From NCBI GenBank assembly GCA_035575035.1, contig DATLYH010000335.1:1-40937 (forward strand): 40,937 nucleotides of DNA, given 5' to 3'. Both the position numbers and the translations under genes were made by a program. This DNA is from Gemmataceae bacterium (GTDB lineage: Bacteria; Planctomycetota; Planctomycetia; Gemmatales; Gemmataceae). Below, piece after piece: positions 8,619 through 17,516 of the stretch. Positions within the stretch are counted from its first letter, which is position 1, and every line of letters starts with the position of its first letter. The notes beneath the pieces were generated by a model. It saw nothing but the letters and a program-made list of their open reading frames with translations. It was not told the DNA's origin and searched no databases.

Positions 8619-9222
8619 GGCTAGGACTCCCGTTTTCGGTGGCAGGAAGGACCTCGACGGTATCGGGACTGACGACGGCGGTCACCACGACCTTGGTGCC
8701 GGTCGGCAATTGCTGGTCCGGAGTGACGGCCTGGTACTCGACGGTGCGGTTCTGGAGATTGAGCATGACCTTGCCGACGCCCGCCTTTTGGCCGGGGATG
8801 GGGACGTAGACGGTGCCGCGCTGGCCGACGGCCCGCTCGATACGGGCCGTCCCCTCGGCCTTGAGCCGGTGCAGCGACCGCATCATCAGGGCGACCAGCA
8901 TCAGGGCGCCCAGGCCGGCCGCGGCGGCGACTGCCAGGTTCGGCCCCGGATCCATCCGGCCGTAGGCCGACAGACCGACGATGCCGAAGAAGGTCAAGGC
9001 CGCGACGATGGTGCGGAAGGTCAGCACGCCGACGAACCACGACGTCTGATGGTCGTGGCTGCCGTGGTGGACGTCGTGGTGAATGTCATGGCCGCCGACG
9101 CCGTGAAAATCGTGGCCGGCGTCGGTGTCGTGGTGGTCGCCGAGGCCCAGCAGGCTCAGCACAAACTGGCAAATCATCAGGGTCGCGCCCACCAGGAGAC
9201 AGATCAAGTAGAAGGTGTACAT
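8611..9222 (-). CDS. NfeD-like membrane protein (flotillin-associated, OB-fold C-terminus) with His-rich loop
   Basis: 203 aa from the ATG at 9220-9222. It has two hydrophobic segments, a C-terminal VYVPIPGQKAGVGKVMLNLQNRTVEYQAVT beta-barrel motif typical of NfeD/YuaF, and is translationally coupled to flotillin. The track ORF extension 9223..9861 reads as non-coding. Confidence 0.7.
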   Translation of the reverse strand: MYTFYLICLLVGATLMICQFVLSLLGLGDHHDTDAGHDFHGVGGHDIHHDVHHGSHDHQTSWFVGVLTFRTIVAALTFFGIVGLSAYGRMDPGPNLAVAAAAGLGALMLVALMMRSLHRLKAEGTARIERAVGQRGTVYVPIPGQKAGVGKVMLNLQNRTVEYQAVTPDQQLPTGTKVVVTAVVSPDTVEVLPATENGSPSHA

Positions 9223-9580
9223 GGTTAGACCTCGACAGGTTTGAAGGCCCGCGGGGCTGGTGGCGCCCGGATCAAGACATGGAGACGCCTGCATATTCGA
9301 GCACGCCACCCTGATTGTCAATTTCTTTTTCGGATCGGAATGGGGGACAGGTGCGATGTCCTCCGTCACAGGCGCTCCAGGCCCGCAGCGCTCCGGGCTC
9401 GTAGCAACGTCTGTATGGGAATAATCCACCGGCGGTTCCATCCATCGGCGCCGATCAATCGGCACCTGTGCCGCTGGAACCACTGATCGCTGTCCCAAGG
9501 ATATTCGCTCGCGGATGCCGAGTATTATCCGGAACCAACCAGACGGGTCTGCCTCCACCCTGGCCATAATGCGGTGTTCC

Positions 9581-9615
9581 AACGAAAACGGCCCCTCCAG
9601 GGGGGCCGTTTTTCC
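9581..9615. terminator. bidirectional rho-independent terminator hairpin (terminates glmS and GlmU-like operon on minus strand)
   Basis: gAAAACGGCCCC-tccagg-GGGGCCGTTTTTcc, i.e. a 9-bp GC stem flanked by an A-run on one side and a T-run on the other. It lies 40 nt downstream of the stop at 9657. Confidence 0.7.
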
Positions 9616-9656
9616 AGTCGATCCCAAAGGTAGGGACTGCTTATCAAGCGGGGCGT

Positions 9657-10955
9657 TCAGCCGCTGCGGCGAAGGCGGCGTTGCTCGCTCTCCCGCAAGA
9701 CCTGACGGCGATAGACCGCTGTCCGCTCGTACAACGCCAGGAAAAAGTCGGCGTGCTGCTCCGTCCATTCCTGCCCTCGCCGCCGCAGCACCGCCGCCGC
9801 CGTCGTGAACAACTGCCGGAAGTCCGCCCGGTCCTGCAACTGCCCGTGCCAGACACTGCAAAACGCCGGCACCTCCTTCGGCAACAGCGACCCCGACGCC
9901 AACAGGTGGCCGAATGGACCCACTGCTGTCCCCGTGTTCACCAACACTCCTAACCCCGTCTTGCTGTGGTCTCCGAGGAACGCCCCCACCTTGGTCAGAC
10001 CCGTGTTCACCTTCCGACCAGCCACCGGGACCGTCACCGGCCCATAGTCATTCCGCAGGTCGCTTATTTGGGTGCCGGCTCCCAGGTTGACCCACTCCCC
10101 CACGTAGCTGTGCCCCACAAAACCATCGTGCGCCTTGTTGCTGTAACCGTGGATGATGCTGGCCTCCACCTCGCCGCCGACCTTGCAGCACGGCCCCAAC
10201 GCACTGGACCGCACCCGCGCCCCCAGCACCTGCGTCCCTGCCCCCACATAGCAAGGCCCCTCCAACACGCTGAACGACCGCACCACCGCCCCCTGGTCGA
10301 TCAGCACCGGCCCGGCCGTGGTGTCGATCGCCACCAGCGGATCGAGCCGGGCCCCGGTCTTCACCACCAGCCGCTCCCGCGGCCCTACTACTGCTGCCGC
10401 CGACGGCACACCGTGGCCCTTCCAGTCCTCATAATCCTGCTCTAGCGCCTCCACATTGGCCTCGATCAGGTCCCAAAGGTAGTCGATCATCCGGCCGCCG
10501 GCCGCCCGGACCGGCAGACGTTGCCGACAGCTCTCGATATAGTCGGCCACCGCCGCAGGGGAGCCGTCGGGCAGAGGCTCGGGCGGCAGGGCCACATAGG
10601 CGACCTGCTCCCCCACCAACCCGATGTGCGGCGACCGCGGCGGCGGCACTGTCCCGGCCGGCGGCAGCCAGCGGGCGTTGACCAGCAGCCGCGTCCCCGC
10701 CGCCAGCCCGTCCTCGAACCGGCCGGCTAACGCCGACCGCTCGCCCCGGCCGTTGACACTCAATTCGGGATGCAGGAGGGCGGTGAACGCGGCCAGGAAC
10801 GGCCGCACGACGACGCTCACCGCCGTGGCGGCCGCGTAGCGGCGCTGCCGGTCCAACAGCGACGCAGCGCCGCACCGCAGGTCGAAGGCCGGCCGGCTCA
10901 GGGCCAGCGGCTCCAGATTCTCCACGCCAAGATCTTCATAAACCACGATACGCAT
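9657..10955 (-). CDS. GlmU-like putative sugar-phosphate nucleotidyltransferase / acyltransferase with left-handed beta-helix (hexapeptide) C-terminal domain (alt_bact_glmU-like family)
   Basis: Start trimmed to the ATG at 10953-10955 (MRIVVYEDLGVENLEPLALSRPAFDLRCGAASLLDR). This N-terminal pattern resembles the alternative bacterial GlmU-type family. The C-terminal half has tandem hexapeptide-like repeats (VGAGTQV, LGARVRSSALGPCCKVGGEVEASI, VGEWVNLGAGTQ). It sits immediately downstream of glmS in the same orientation. Confidence 0.55.
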   Translation of the reverse strand: MRIVVYEDLGVENLEPLALSRPAFDLRCGAASLLDRQRRYAAATAVSVVVRPFLAAFTALLHPELSVNGRGERSALAGRFEDGLAAGTRLLVNARWLPPAGTVPPPRSPHIGLVGEQVAYVALPPEPLPDGSPAAVADYIESCRQRLPVRAAGGRMIDYLWDLIEANVEALEQDYEDWKGHGVPSAAAVVGPRERLVVKTGARLDPLVAIDTTAGPVLIDQGAVVRSFSVLEGPCYVGAGTQVLGARVRSSALGPCCKVGGEVEASIIHGYSNKAHDGFVGHSYVGEWVNLGAGTQISDLRNDYGPVTVPVAGRKVNTGLTKVGAFLGDHSKTGLGVLVNTGTAVGPFGHLLASGSLLPKEVPAFCSVWHGQLQDRADFRQLFTTAAAVLRRRGQEWTEQHADFFLALYERTAVYRRQVLRESEQRRLRRSG

Positions 10956-10981
10956 GAGGCACCTTCCCTTGGACGGCCGGC

Positions 10982-12808
10982 TCACTCCACGGTGACACTC
11001 TTGGCCAGGTTGCGGGGTTTGTCCACGTCGCAGCCACGCAACAGGGCAATGTGGTAGGCCAACAATTGCAACGGCACCACCGCCACCAGCGGCTGCAAAT
11101 ACTCCGGCACCTCCGGAATGTAGATCACCTCGTCGGCCCGCGCGGCCACCTCGTCGTCTCCCTCGCAGGCCACGGCGATGACCGGCCCGCCCCGGGCCTT
11201 GATCTCTTCCAGATTGCTCATCACCTTGTCGAAGACCGCCCCGCGGGGGACCAGGAAGACCGACGGCGTGTTGGCATCGACCAGGGCGATCGGCCCATGC
11301 TTCATCTCCGCGGCCGGGTAGCCCTCGGCATGAATGTAGCTGATCTCCTTCAGTTTCAGCGCCCCTTCTAACGCTACCGGGTACAGGTACTGCCGCCCCA
11401 GGTAGAGGCAGTTGGTAACATGGGCATACTTCCGGGCGATGCGTTCCACCGTGGCGTGACAGTGCAGTGTCTGCCGGACCCGGTCAGGCATCGCTCGTAA
11501 CTCCTGGATCATCCGGGCCCCTTGCAGGCTGGAGAGGTGACGCATCCGCCCCAGGTACAATGCCAGCAGAGCCAGGACAGCGACCTGGGCGGTGAAGGCC
11601 TTGGTGCTGGCCACGCCGACTTCGGGGCCGGCGTGCAGGTAGATGCCGCCATCGGCCTCGCGGGCAATGGTGCTCCCCACGACATTGCAGATGGCCAGCG
11701 TCCGGTGTCCCTTGCGTTTGGATTCGCGGAGGGCGGCGAGGGTGTCGGCCGTCTCCCCCGACTGGGTGATGGCCACGACGATGGTATTGCGGTCGATGGG
11801 GGGATTGCGGTAGCGGAACTCGCTGGCGTACTCGACCTCGACCGGGATGCGGGCGAATTCCTCGAACAGGTATTCGCCGACCAAGGCGGCGTGGTAGCTG
11901 GTGCCGCAACCGGTCAGGATGAGCCGCTCGGCCTGGCGGAGTTGGCGGCTTTCGATGTTCAGGCCGCCGAAGTGGGCGCTGGCCTCGGCCTCATCGAGTC
12001 GGCCGCGGAGGGCATTCTCCAGGGCTTCGGGCTGCTCGTAGATCTCCTTGAGCATGTAGTGCTCGAAGTCCCCCTTGTCGGCGTCGCCGGGGTCCCAGTC
12101 GATGCGGCAGACGCGGGCGGCCACCGGGGCGCGGTCGGAGCTGAGAAGGTGCCAATCGTCGGGGGTGAGCACGGCCAGTTGGCGGTCGCCGAGGTAGACA
12201 ACCTGGTCGGTGAAGCCGAGGAGGGCGGCAGGATCGCTGGCAAGGAAGGCCTCTCCTTGCCCCAGGCCAAGGACCAGGGGGCTGCCGAGGCGGGCGGCGA
12301 CGAGCAGGCCGGGGTGGCGGCGGCTGATGACGGCCAGACCGTAGGTGCCCTTGAGCTGGGCCAGGGCCTGGCGGACGGCTTCGACCAGATCGCCATTAAG
12401 GTGGGCGGCGATGAGGTGAGCGATGACCTCGGTATCGGTATCGCTGCGGAAAACGAAGCCATCGGCCTGGAGTTGCTGGCGGAGGGGGGCGTAGTTTTCG
12501 ATGACGCCGTTGTGGACGACGGCAAGATCGCCGTGGCCGCCGAGGTGGGGGTGGGCGTTGGCGTCGGTGGCGGGTCCGTGGGTGGCCCAGCGGGTGTGGC
12601 TGATACCGGTGCATCCGGGGGCAGGCTGGCGGCGGAGGAGTTCGGCGAGGTCGGCGACGCGTCCGGCCCGTTTGCGGAGGTGGAGGTGGGCACCGGTGAG
12701 GGTAGCGAGGCCGGCGCTGTCATAGCCGCGGTATTCCAGGCGGCGCAATCCTTCCAGGAGAACAGACTCGGCCTCTCGATAGCCGGTGTAACCTACGATG
12801 CCACACAT
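10982..12808 (-). CDS. glmS: glutamine--fructose-6-phosphate aminotransferase (isomerising)
   Basis: MCGIVGY N-terminal Cys nucleophile, a glutaminase domain, and two SIS domains (GCGTSYHA, CNVVGSTIAREADGGIYLHAGPEVGVASTKAFT) ending in ...VDKPRNLAKSVTVE. ATG at 12806-12808. Confidence 0.97.
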   Translation of the reverse strand: MCGIVGYTGYREAESVLLEGLRRLEYRGYDSAGLATLTGAHLHLRKRAGRVADLAELLRRQPAPGCTGISHTRWATHGPATDANAHPHLGGHGDLAVVHNGVIENYAPLRQQLQADGFVFRSDTDTEVIAHLIAAHLNGDLVEAVRQALAQLKGTYGLAVISRRHPGLLVAARLGSPLVLGLGQGEAFLASDPAALLGFTDQVVYLGDRQLAVLTPDDWHLLSSDRAPVAARVCRIDWDPGDADKGDFEHYMLKEIYEQPEALENALRGRLDEAEASAHFGGLNIESRQLRQAERLILTGCGTSYHAALVGEYLFEEFARIPVEVEYASEFRYRNPPIDRNTIVVAITQSGETADTLAALRESKRKGHRTLAICNVVGSTIAREADGGIYLHAGPEVGVASTKAFTAQVAVLALLALYLGRMRHLSSLQGARMIQELRAMPDRVRQTLHCHATVERIARKYAHVTNCLYLGRQYLYPVALEGALKLKEISYIHAEGYPAAEMKHGPIALVDANTPSVFLVPRGAVFDKVMSNLEEIKARGGPVIAVACEGDDEVAARADEVIYIPEVPEYLQPLVAVVPLQLLAYHIALLRGCDVDKPRNLAKSVTVE

Positions 12809-12893
12809 GCGCTGAGGTACCTCCCCACAGTGCCAGGATTCATCGGATGCCGGTCCCGCCGCTCTCGGAAGGTATCGAGATTGGTCGGCCGGT

Positions 12894-12911
12894 TCAGTCA
12901 GCGTTGACTGA
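12894..12911. promoter_or_regulatory. candidate operator: inverted repeat TCAGTCA-gcgt-TGACTGA 86-103 bp upstream of glmS start
   Basis: 7-bp perfect arms with a 4-bp spacer, read directly, located in the glmS 5' intergenic region. Confidence 0.3.
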
Positions 12912-13294
12912 TGAACTATAGGGCATGAAAGACAACAGTGCTTTTCTCAACCCGGGACGGCATGGTTCCGGGGTCGCCGGCAGCGTGAGCAAACTACCGC
13001 TCCCCCCACCGCGGGTGCTGAAAGGAACCCGAGACCTTGGCCAGCGAGCGCGGCCGTGGAATAAAGATGATTTCGCACAAACCATGCCGCGTCGCCCGGA
13101 AAGCCGGCCGGTCTTCCCTGGCCCCTGAAGGTGCCGGCGCAACCACTTGCCGGATGAGGAGATCGGTCCTTCCTCCGGCCGATGACGCAGACTGGGAGCA
13201 AGGCCAGGGTAAAGTCGAGCGTTAACTCTGCTTAACGCCGGTATTTCACTGGTTAACGAGGGGAAACGGGGAGAGGATCGGACCGGCAAACCGA

Positions 13295-14272
13295 TCAAGG
13301 CACTACCTGGGCCCGAGCTTGAAACTCGACCTGCCCCTCATCTTCCAAGTCGGTCCGGACACGCAGGGTGCGGTCGAGGTTGCCGGGTCGGTCCGGTCGA
13401 AAGGTGATTGTCAAGACGTGGACTGGCTTGCGGTCGGCGGTGCTGTCCCGGACGGTCAGCTGCTTGTCGGTCCCCTCGACGGCGGTGATCCGGAAGGGCT
13501 GGGTGCCGCGGACAATGACCTTGCGCTCCGCGGTGGTGCCCAGGCGGATCTGGCCCAGGGAGACCGTGGCGGGACTGACGCTGAGGGGCGAATCGATCTC
13601 CACGGTCAGGGGGACACGGATGCGCGGCACGGCAGGGTTGTTGGTTTGCAGCCAGATGTCGGCGTACCACTTGCCGGCCGGCGCATCGGCGTGGAGCAAG
13701 ACAGTAAGCTGATAACTGACCTCGGCCTCGTGGCGCTGCAACTCTTGCAGCTTGGTCTGAATGTAACGGCTGTCGCTGGTCACATCCACGATGCGGGCGG
13801 CGCCGTCGCCGAGGAAGGTGACGGTGGCAACGGCCGTCGGTCGGCTGCCGCGTTTGACGTGGCCGAAGGCTAGGGTGTCGGGGGAGACAGTAATATCCTC
13901 GCGACTGTTGGCCTGGACCCAGAGCCGCACCTCAGCCCAGGTGGGTTGGCTGAACTGCACGTAGACGGTGACGGTCTTGATGCCGGTAAAGCGGCGGGTG
14001 TCCATGGTGACGATAACGCTGGTTTCCTCACCGGGTTGAAGGTTGTGCTTGAGGGCTGACGCGCTGACGCAGCCGCAGGAGGTGCGGAGGCTATGGATGG
14101 TGACGGGACTTTTGGTCTTGTTGACGAGGCGGAACGGGTGCGTGAGGGCGGGGCCCCGGGGGACAGAGCCGAAGTCCTTGGAAACTTCGTCGAACAGGGC
14201 GTCGGCCCAAGATGCCGCCGCCGGGGCCGTGGTACACAGGCCCATGAGAAGCACAAGGCTGTACCGGAACAT
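13295..14272 (-). CDS. secreted DUF1573-domain protein (beta-sandwich, SCGC motif)
   Basis: Signal peptide MFRYSLVLLMGLCTTAPAAASWA, then FGSVPRGPALTHPFRLVNKTKSPVTIHSLRTSCGCVSA, the hallmark DUF1573 motif. A second similar module lies downstream. This domain is common in Planctomycetota and Bacteroidota. Confidence 0.6.
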   Translation of the reverse strand: MFRYSLVLLMGLCTTAPAAASWADALFDEVSKDFGSVPRGPALTHPFRLVNKTKSPVTIHSLRTSCGCVSASALKHNLQPGEETSVIVTMDTRRFTGIKTVTVYVQFSQPTWAEVRLWVQANSREDITVSPDTLAFGHVKRGSRPTAVATVTFLGDGAARIVDVTSDSRYIQTKLQELQRHEAEVSYQLTVLLHADAPAGKWYADIWLQTNNPAVPRIRVPLTVEIDSPLSVSPATVSLGQIRLGTTAERKVIVRGTQPFRITAVEGTDKQLTVRDSTADRKPVHVLTITFRPDRPGNLDRTLRVRTDLEDEGQVEFQARAQVVP

Positions 14273-14762
14273 GAGACCCTTCCCTGCTGCCGTGACCCGC
14301 CGCCTGCCGGATGCGATACGTGATGGACAAGATATGGGCGGTTAGGAGTCACTTTCTTTATGGCCGCTGGGAAGGGGGCTGTCAAACCAGCCGGGCCGGA
14401 AACGGCGTGCGGGAGCGGCACCGGCGCAGACAAGTACCGCGCCGATGTCCCGTTCGCTATTTTGCCTACGCTCGAACGGGCCGCGGGATGGAGGAAGCGG
14501 CCCGCGACACGCCGCATCAACGGCAAGTTCGGCAGAAATCGCGCAGCATCACCGCAGTGATGCGACGCTCCGCAATGAGATGATCGGCGGTTCGGTTCCG
14601 GAGGACAGTCGGTTCTGCGCCAAGGGCGGTAGTGATGGCGCGGGTTTTCGCTTGATTGTCCACCGCAACCAGCGGTAATGTCAGTGATGGTGGCCGTCCG
14701 AACGGTCGGAACGGTTCATTCGATAGCTCGCGCCGACGCAAGGTAATGACCAGTTCGGCTAG

Positions 14763-15221
14763 GTGCTCGACATATGCGAGATCGCCATGGATAGTGCATC
14801 CCGGCCTTCGATCTGGTTCTATATTGGCATCGCCAGTCTTACGCTTGCTCTCGGGCCGTTCTTTCTCGGTTTTGTCGCCATCTTGACTTGGGGGCTGATC
14901 TTCATTCCGGTTGTCGCTCTGACCTGGTTTGGGCCATTGTTGCTGCTGCACTGGGTTCTCTGGGGACGGGCTTTCTCTTGGCAAGTGTCTGAAGGAGCCG
15001 AAGGCGTGGCGGGTGGAGTGGCCGATGCTCTTGTGAAGCGTCCAACGGTCCCGTTGCGGGTGTTACGACTTGCCGGCGGCGTCATCGTCATCATCGGCAC
15101 TGTCTTATATTACCTGAGCCTGCTTGGTGTGTTTAACGCGAGTACTGAGCCGCGGTTTTTGCATATCGAGTCGCGGTCTGACGGTACGGTGTGGATCCGC
15201 AATGTGACCTTGGACAAATAA
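14763..15221 (+). CDS. hypothetical small membrane protein (3 predicted TM helices) encoded in a low-GC, atypical-codon-usage islet
   Basis: The ORF has T-ending codon bias unlike its neighbours and hydrophobic helices (IWFYIGIASLTLALGPFFLGFVAILTWGLIFIPVVALTWFGPLLLLHWVLW, VIVIIGTVLYYLSLLGVF). No recognisable domain was found. Confidence 0.4.
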   Translation: MLDICEIAMDSASRPSIWFYIGIASLTLALGPFFLGFVAILTWGLIFIPVVALTWFGPLLLLHWVLWGRAFSWQVSEGAEGVAGGVADALVKRPTVPLRVLRLAGGVIVIIGTVLYYLSLLGVFNASTEPRFLHIESRSDGTVWIRNVTLDK

Positions 15222-15248
15222 GATCGCGGAAAGATAATCGCGACAGGG

Positions 15249-15359
15249 GGAAGAGGACGCCATGAGGCCGAATCCGATGCACCCTCAAGCAATTCCCCAT
15301 CGTCGGCTGCTCCACCACCATGCTATCGGAGGCTCTCTAGTGCCGTCGATGCCGGCCTA
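15249..15359 (+). repeat. copy 1 of a ~110-bp dispersed direct repeat (second copy at 23147..23256, ~97% identical)
   Basis: GGAAGAGGACGCCATGAGGCCGAATCCGATGCACCCTCAAGCAATTCCCCATCGTCGGCTGCTCCACCACCATGCTATCGGAGGCTCTCTAGTGCCGTCGATGCCGGCCTA. It differs from copy 2 by 3 substitutions. Confidence 0.9.
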
Positions 15360-15547
15360 CGCTTGCCCGACCAGCCGCCACGACTTCACCCAGGCCCAAC
15401 TCTGCGCCATCCGGGCCTTGAAGACCTTCCTCACGACCGACTCCCGCGCCGTCGCCCTCCCGGGCGACCTTCCCGAGCGGCACGCCGACCGGGGGCGGCC
15501 CCTGATGCCCCACTACGCCACCCTGGGCCCGGCCGAGCCGCGGCTGC

Positions 15548-15901
15548 TCACAAAGGGGGCTTCCGCAAGCGCCCGCGGAAAGCCTGCCGCCACGCCTCCC
15601 GCCCCGACGCCCGCCGCAACTGTTTGTCGAGGCGGGGATGGGCATAGTCCTTGGGCAGCACGCCCTTGAGGGAGGGGTTGTCCCGTTCGATGGTGAGCAT
15701 GGCGTCGTCAACGATCTTGCCGATCATCGGGTCTTTCGCACGGTTGCGGAGGTTCGACCAACGGGCCTCGGGCGGCACCCAGAAGACATTGACGGCCCGG
15801 TACTCGTCCGGGTCTTCCGGGTCGGCTCCCTGCGCCCGCTCGGCTTGGAGTCTGGCGTGCTGCCCCTCAAAGGCGTCCAAGATGTACTTGAGGAAGATCA
15901 A
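15548..15901 (-). pseudogene. hsdM: remnant of type I restriction-modification methyltransferase subunit HsdM (N-terminal domain fragment only)
   Basis: Translation [22 protein letters not shown]...[56 protein letters not shown] matches the conserved HsdM N-terminal domain. It begins abruptly right after a terminator hairpin and diverges and terminates about 110 aa in. There is no catalytic (NPPF) domain and no hsdR or hsdS nearby. Confidence 0.6.
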
Positions 15902-15935
15902 GGGGCCTGTCAGGACTATCCCCTGGACAGGCCCC
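15902..15935 (-). terminator. hairpin terminator candidate downstream of BBP7 gene
   Basis: GGGGCCTGTCAGG-actatcc-CCTGGACAGGCCCC sits 37 nt after the stop at 15972. On the minus strand it is followed by TTGATCTT. Confidence 0.4.
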
Positions 15936-15971
15936 GGCTCGTTTTCAGGAACGTTCTTCCCGGGCCGGTGA

Positions 15972-17231
15972 TCAGTACCGCACCTCCACGCCGAAGTTGG
16001 CGCCGTGCGCCCAGAATTCCGAGCGGTTGAACAGGACGGTGGGTCGGGCCGGGCCCATCAGCTGGCCGGTGCCGAAGATCGGGCTTTGCGTCAGGTTCAA
16101 CGCCCGATCGACTTGCTCGCCCGGCCGGATGACATTGTTCCAGTACAGGAAATCGTAGCCGACGTAGGCCTGGACATTGCTCAGGAGGTTCACCCCCAAC
16201 CGGAGCTGGGCCTGCGGCAGCACGGTGAACTGGCCGCGGGTAAACCGCCCCATGTTGGTCGGCTGGGTGAAGACACCGCCGGGGAACGTGCCGGGGGTGG
16301 TAGCGCCCGCGCCGGTCTGAGTAATGGCGCCGCTGATGTTCAGCACCTGGTGCGTCGTACCCAGGGCACACTTGCCGGTCAGGTCCAGCGTGAAGCGGCG
16401 CCAACGGAAGCCGAACCAGGTGCCGAGCTGGCCGCCGAAGAACTGGTTCCGCGTCTCAAAACGATCCCGGGCAATCTCGATGACCGCGGCGGCCGGGTCG
16501 ATCGTGGGATTGAAGAGCCGCAGGTCCTCGTCGAGGTCCATATAGCGGAAGCCGCCCAGCGCCCCCATCGAGAAGCAGGGCATCCGGACCAGGGTCACAC
16601 CGCCGCTGGCCTCAGCACCCCACAGCCGGCTTGACGAGGCAATGGCCACGCCACCGACCAATGGCTCGCCTGGGGCCGGCTCCGAGATCAGCACGGCGTG
16701 CGGAGCCCCGGTAGTCGGGTTAATGAACGGGAAAGCCAGCAACGGCGCGCCGGCCGCGTCCGACTGGATGCGGAACGTGTCGCTCCGCCGCTCCAGGAGG
16801 AAAAGAGTCCCCTCCAGGCCGATCGACCGGTTTTTGTTCAACCAGGAGCCGACCGCAAGACGGCCGCCGGCGAAGCTGCCGTAGTGCAGGTCGCGCTGGC
16901 CGAACAGGATGCGGGTGCCCGGCTGGCCCAGCGCCCCGGGGTCGATGTCGGCGGGATCTCCGACCGTCACCAGCGGCAACGGCAACGGGCCGTCCTTGAC
17001 CCACCACAGCAGGTATTCAGCGCTGGCCCAGACCAGCGGAGGCCGCCCACAGTCGGGGGGGAGGCAGTCTTCCTCCAGCCCCGGCTCCTCGTCCGAGACG
17101 AAGCCGTGCACCGCCCCGGGCTCAAGCCAGCCCTCGGTCAGGGGTGTGCCCGGGTAAGGCACCGGTTGGGCCAGGCTGAGACCTGCACCGGCCAGCAGGG
17201 TGCCCAGCGCGGCGAGAAATCCCTTTCGCAT
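15972..17231 (-). CDS. BBP7-family outer-membrane beta-barrel protein (Planctomycetota-type porin-like)
   Basis: Start trimmed to the ATG at 17229-17231 ([23 protein letters not shown] signal peptide; GAGGAG SD). It has the SAEYLLWW motif, many Gly/aromatic beta-strands and a C-terminal ...FGVEVRY terminal aromatic, typical of the BBP7 family. The track ORF N-terminal extension was rejected. Confidence 0.7.
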   Translation of the reverse strand: MRKGFLAALGTLLAGAGLSLAQPVPYPGTPLTEGWLEPGAVHGFVSDEEPGLEEDCLPPDCGRPPLVWASAEYLLWWVKDGPLPLPLVTVGDPADIDPGALGQPGTRILFGQRDLHYGSFAGGRLAVGSWLNKNRSIGLEGTLFLLERRSDTFRIQSDAAGAPLLAFPFINPTTGAPHAVLISEPAPGEPLVGGVAIASSSRLWGAEASGGVTLVRMPCFSMGALGGFRYMDLDEDLRLFNPTIDPAAAVIEIARDRFETRNQFFGGQLGTWFGFRWRRFTLDLTGKCALGTTHQVLNISGAITQTGAGATTPGTFPGGVFTQPTNMGRFTRGQFTVLPQAQLRLGVNLLSNVQAYVGYDFLYWNNVIRPGEQVDRALNLTQSPIFGTGQLMGPARPTVLFNRSEFWAHGANFGVEVRY

Positions 17232-17516
17232 GGCGTACTCCTCATCCGTGGAAGACCGGCTCCACGATCCATTCCTTGCATCGGCAATCCGACGCGCAAA
17301 ACCGGAGCATCCGTAAAAATTTATCAGCCGGCGCCTGGCCCCGGCCCACGAGTGGCGCGGTGACACGAACAGGAGAAACCAGGTCAAGGGCCTTAGGGCG
17401 CGGGATTGCGCAAGACGGATGGTGCCGGCGAAGGTACTGCCGTCCGACCCGCCCAAGCTGTAGCCGGCCGAACATCCCACGGAGGTGATTCCTAATCCGC
17501 GGTTGCAACCCGGGGG

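Noticed and set aside
6771-8624. 617-aa plus-strand ORF
   Set aside because: Exactly antisense to the flotillin gene. Its product is a low-complexity L/G/D/A repeat protein mirroring the EA-rich coiled-coil codons.
9223-9861. N-terminal 213-aa extension of the track ORF 8611..9861
   Set aside because: The translation MQCLARAVAGPGG... is low-complexity and crosses the bidirectional terminator and the 3' end of the upstream gene. NfeD homologs are about 150-200 aa and a good ATG is at 9222.
11522-12907. 461-aa plus-strand ORF (also 11051..11371, 11959..12723 minus)
   Set aside because: Antisense or off-frame within glmS, which is unambiguous.
12809-13000. glmS ribozyme in the glmS leader
   Set aside because: No recognisable conserved glmS ribozyme core or pseudoknot elements were seen in the minus-strand leader. 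The ribozyme is not expected in this phylum. A protein operator (TCAGTCA dyad) is proposed instead.
15262-15669. 135-aa plus-strand ORF spanning repeat copy 1 (and 15363..15647)
   Set aside because: Its reading frame is not conserved in repeat copy 2 (a different frame is open there). The translation is low-complexity Pro/Ala/Arg, so it is probably non-coding repeat sequence.
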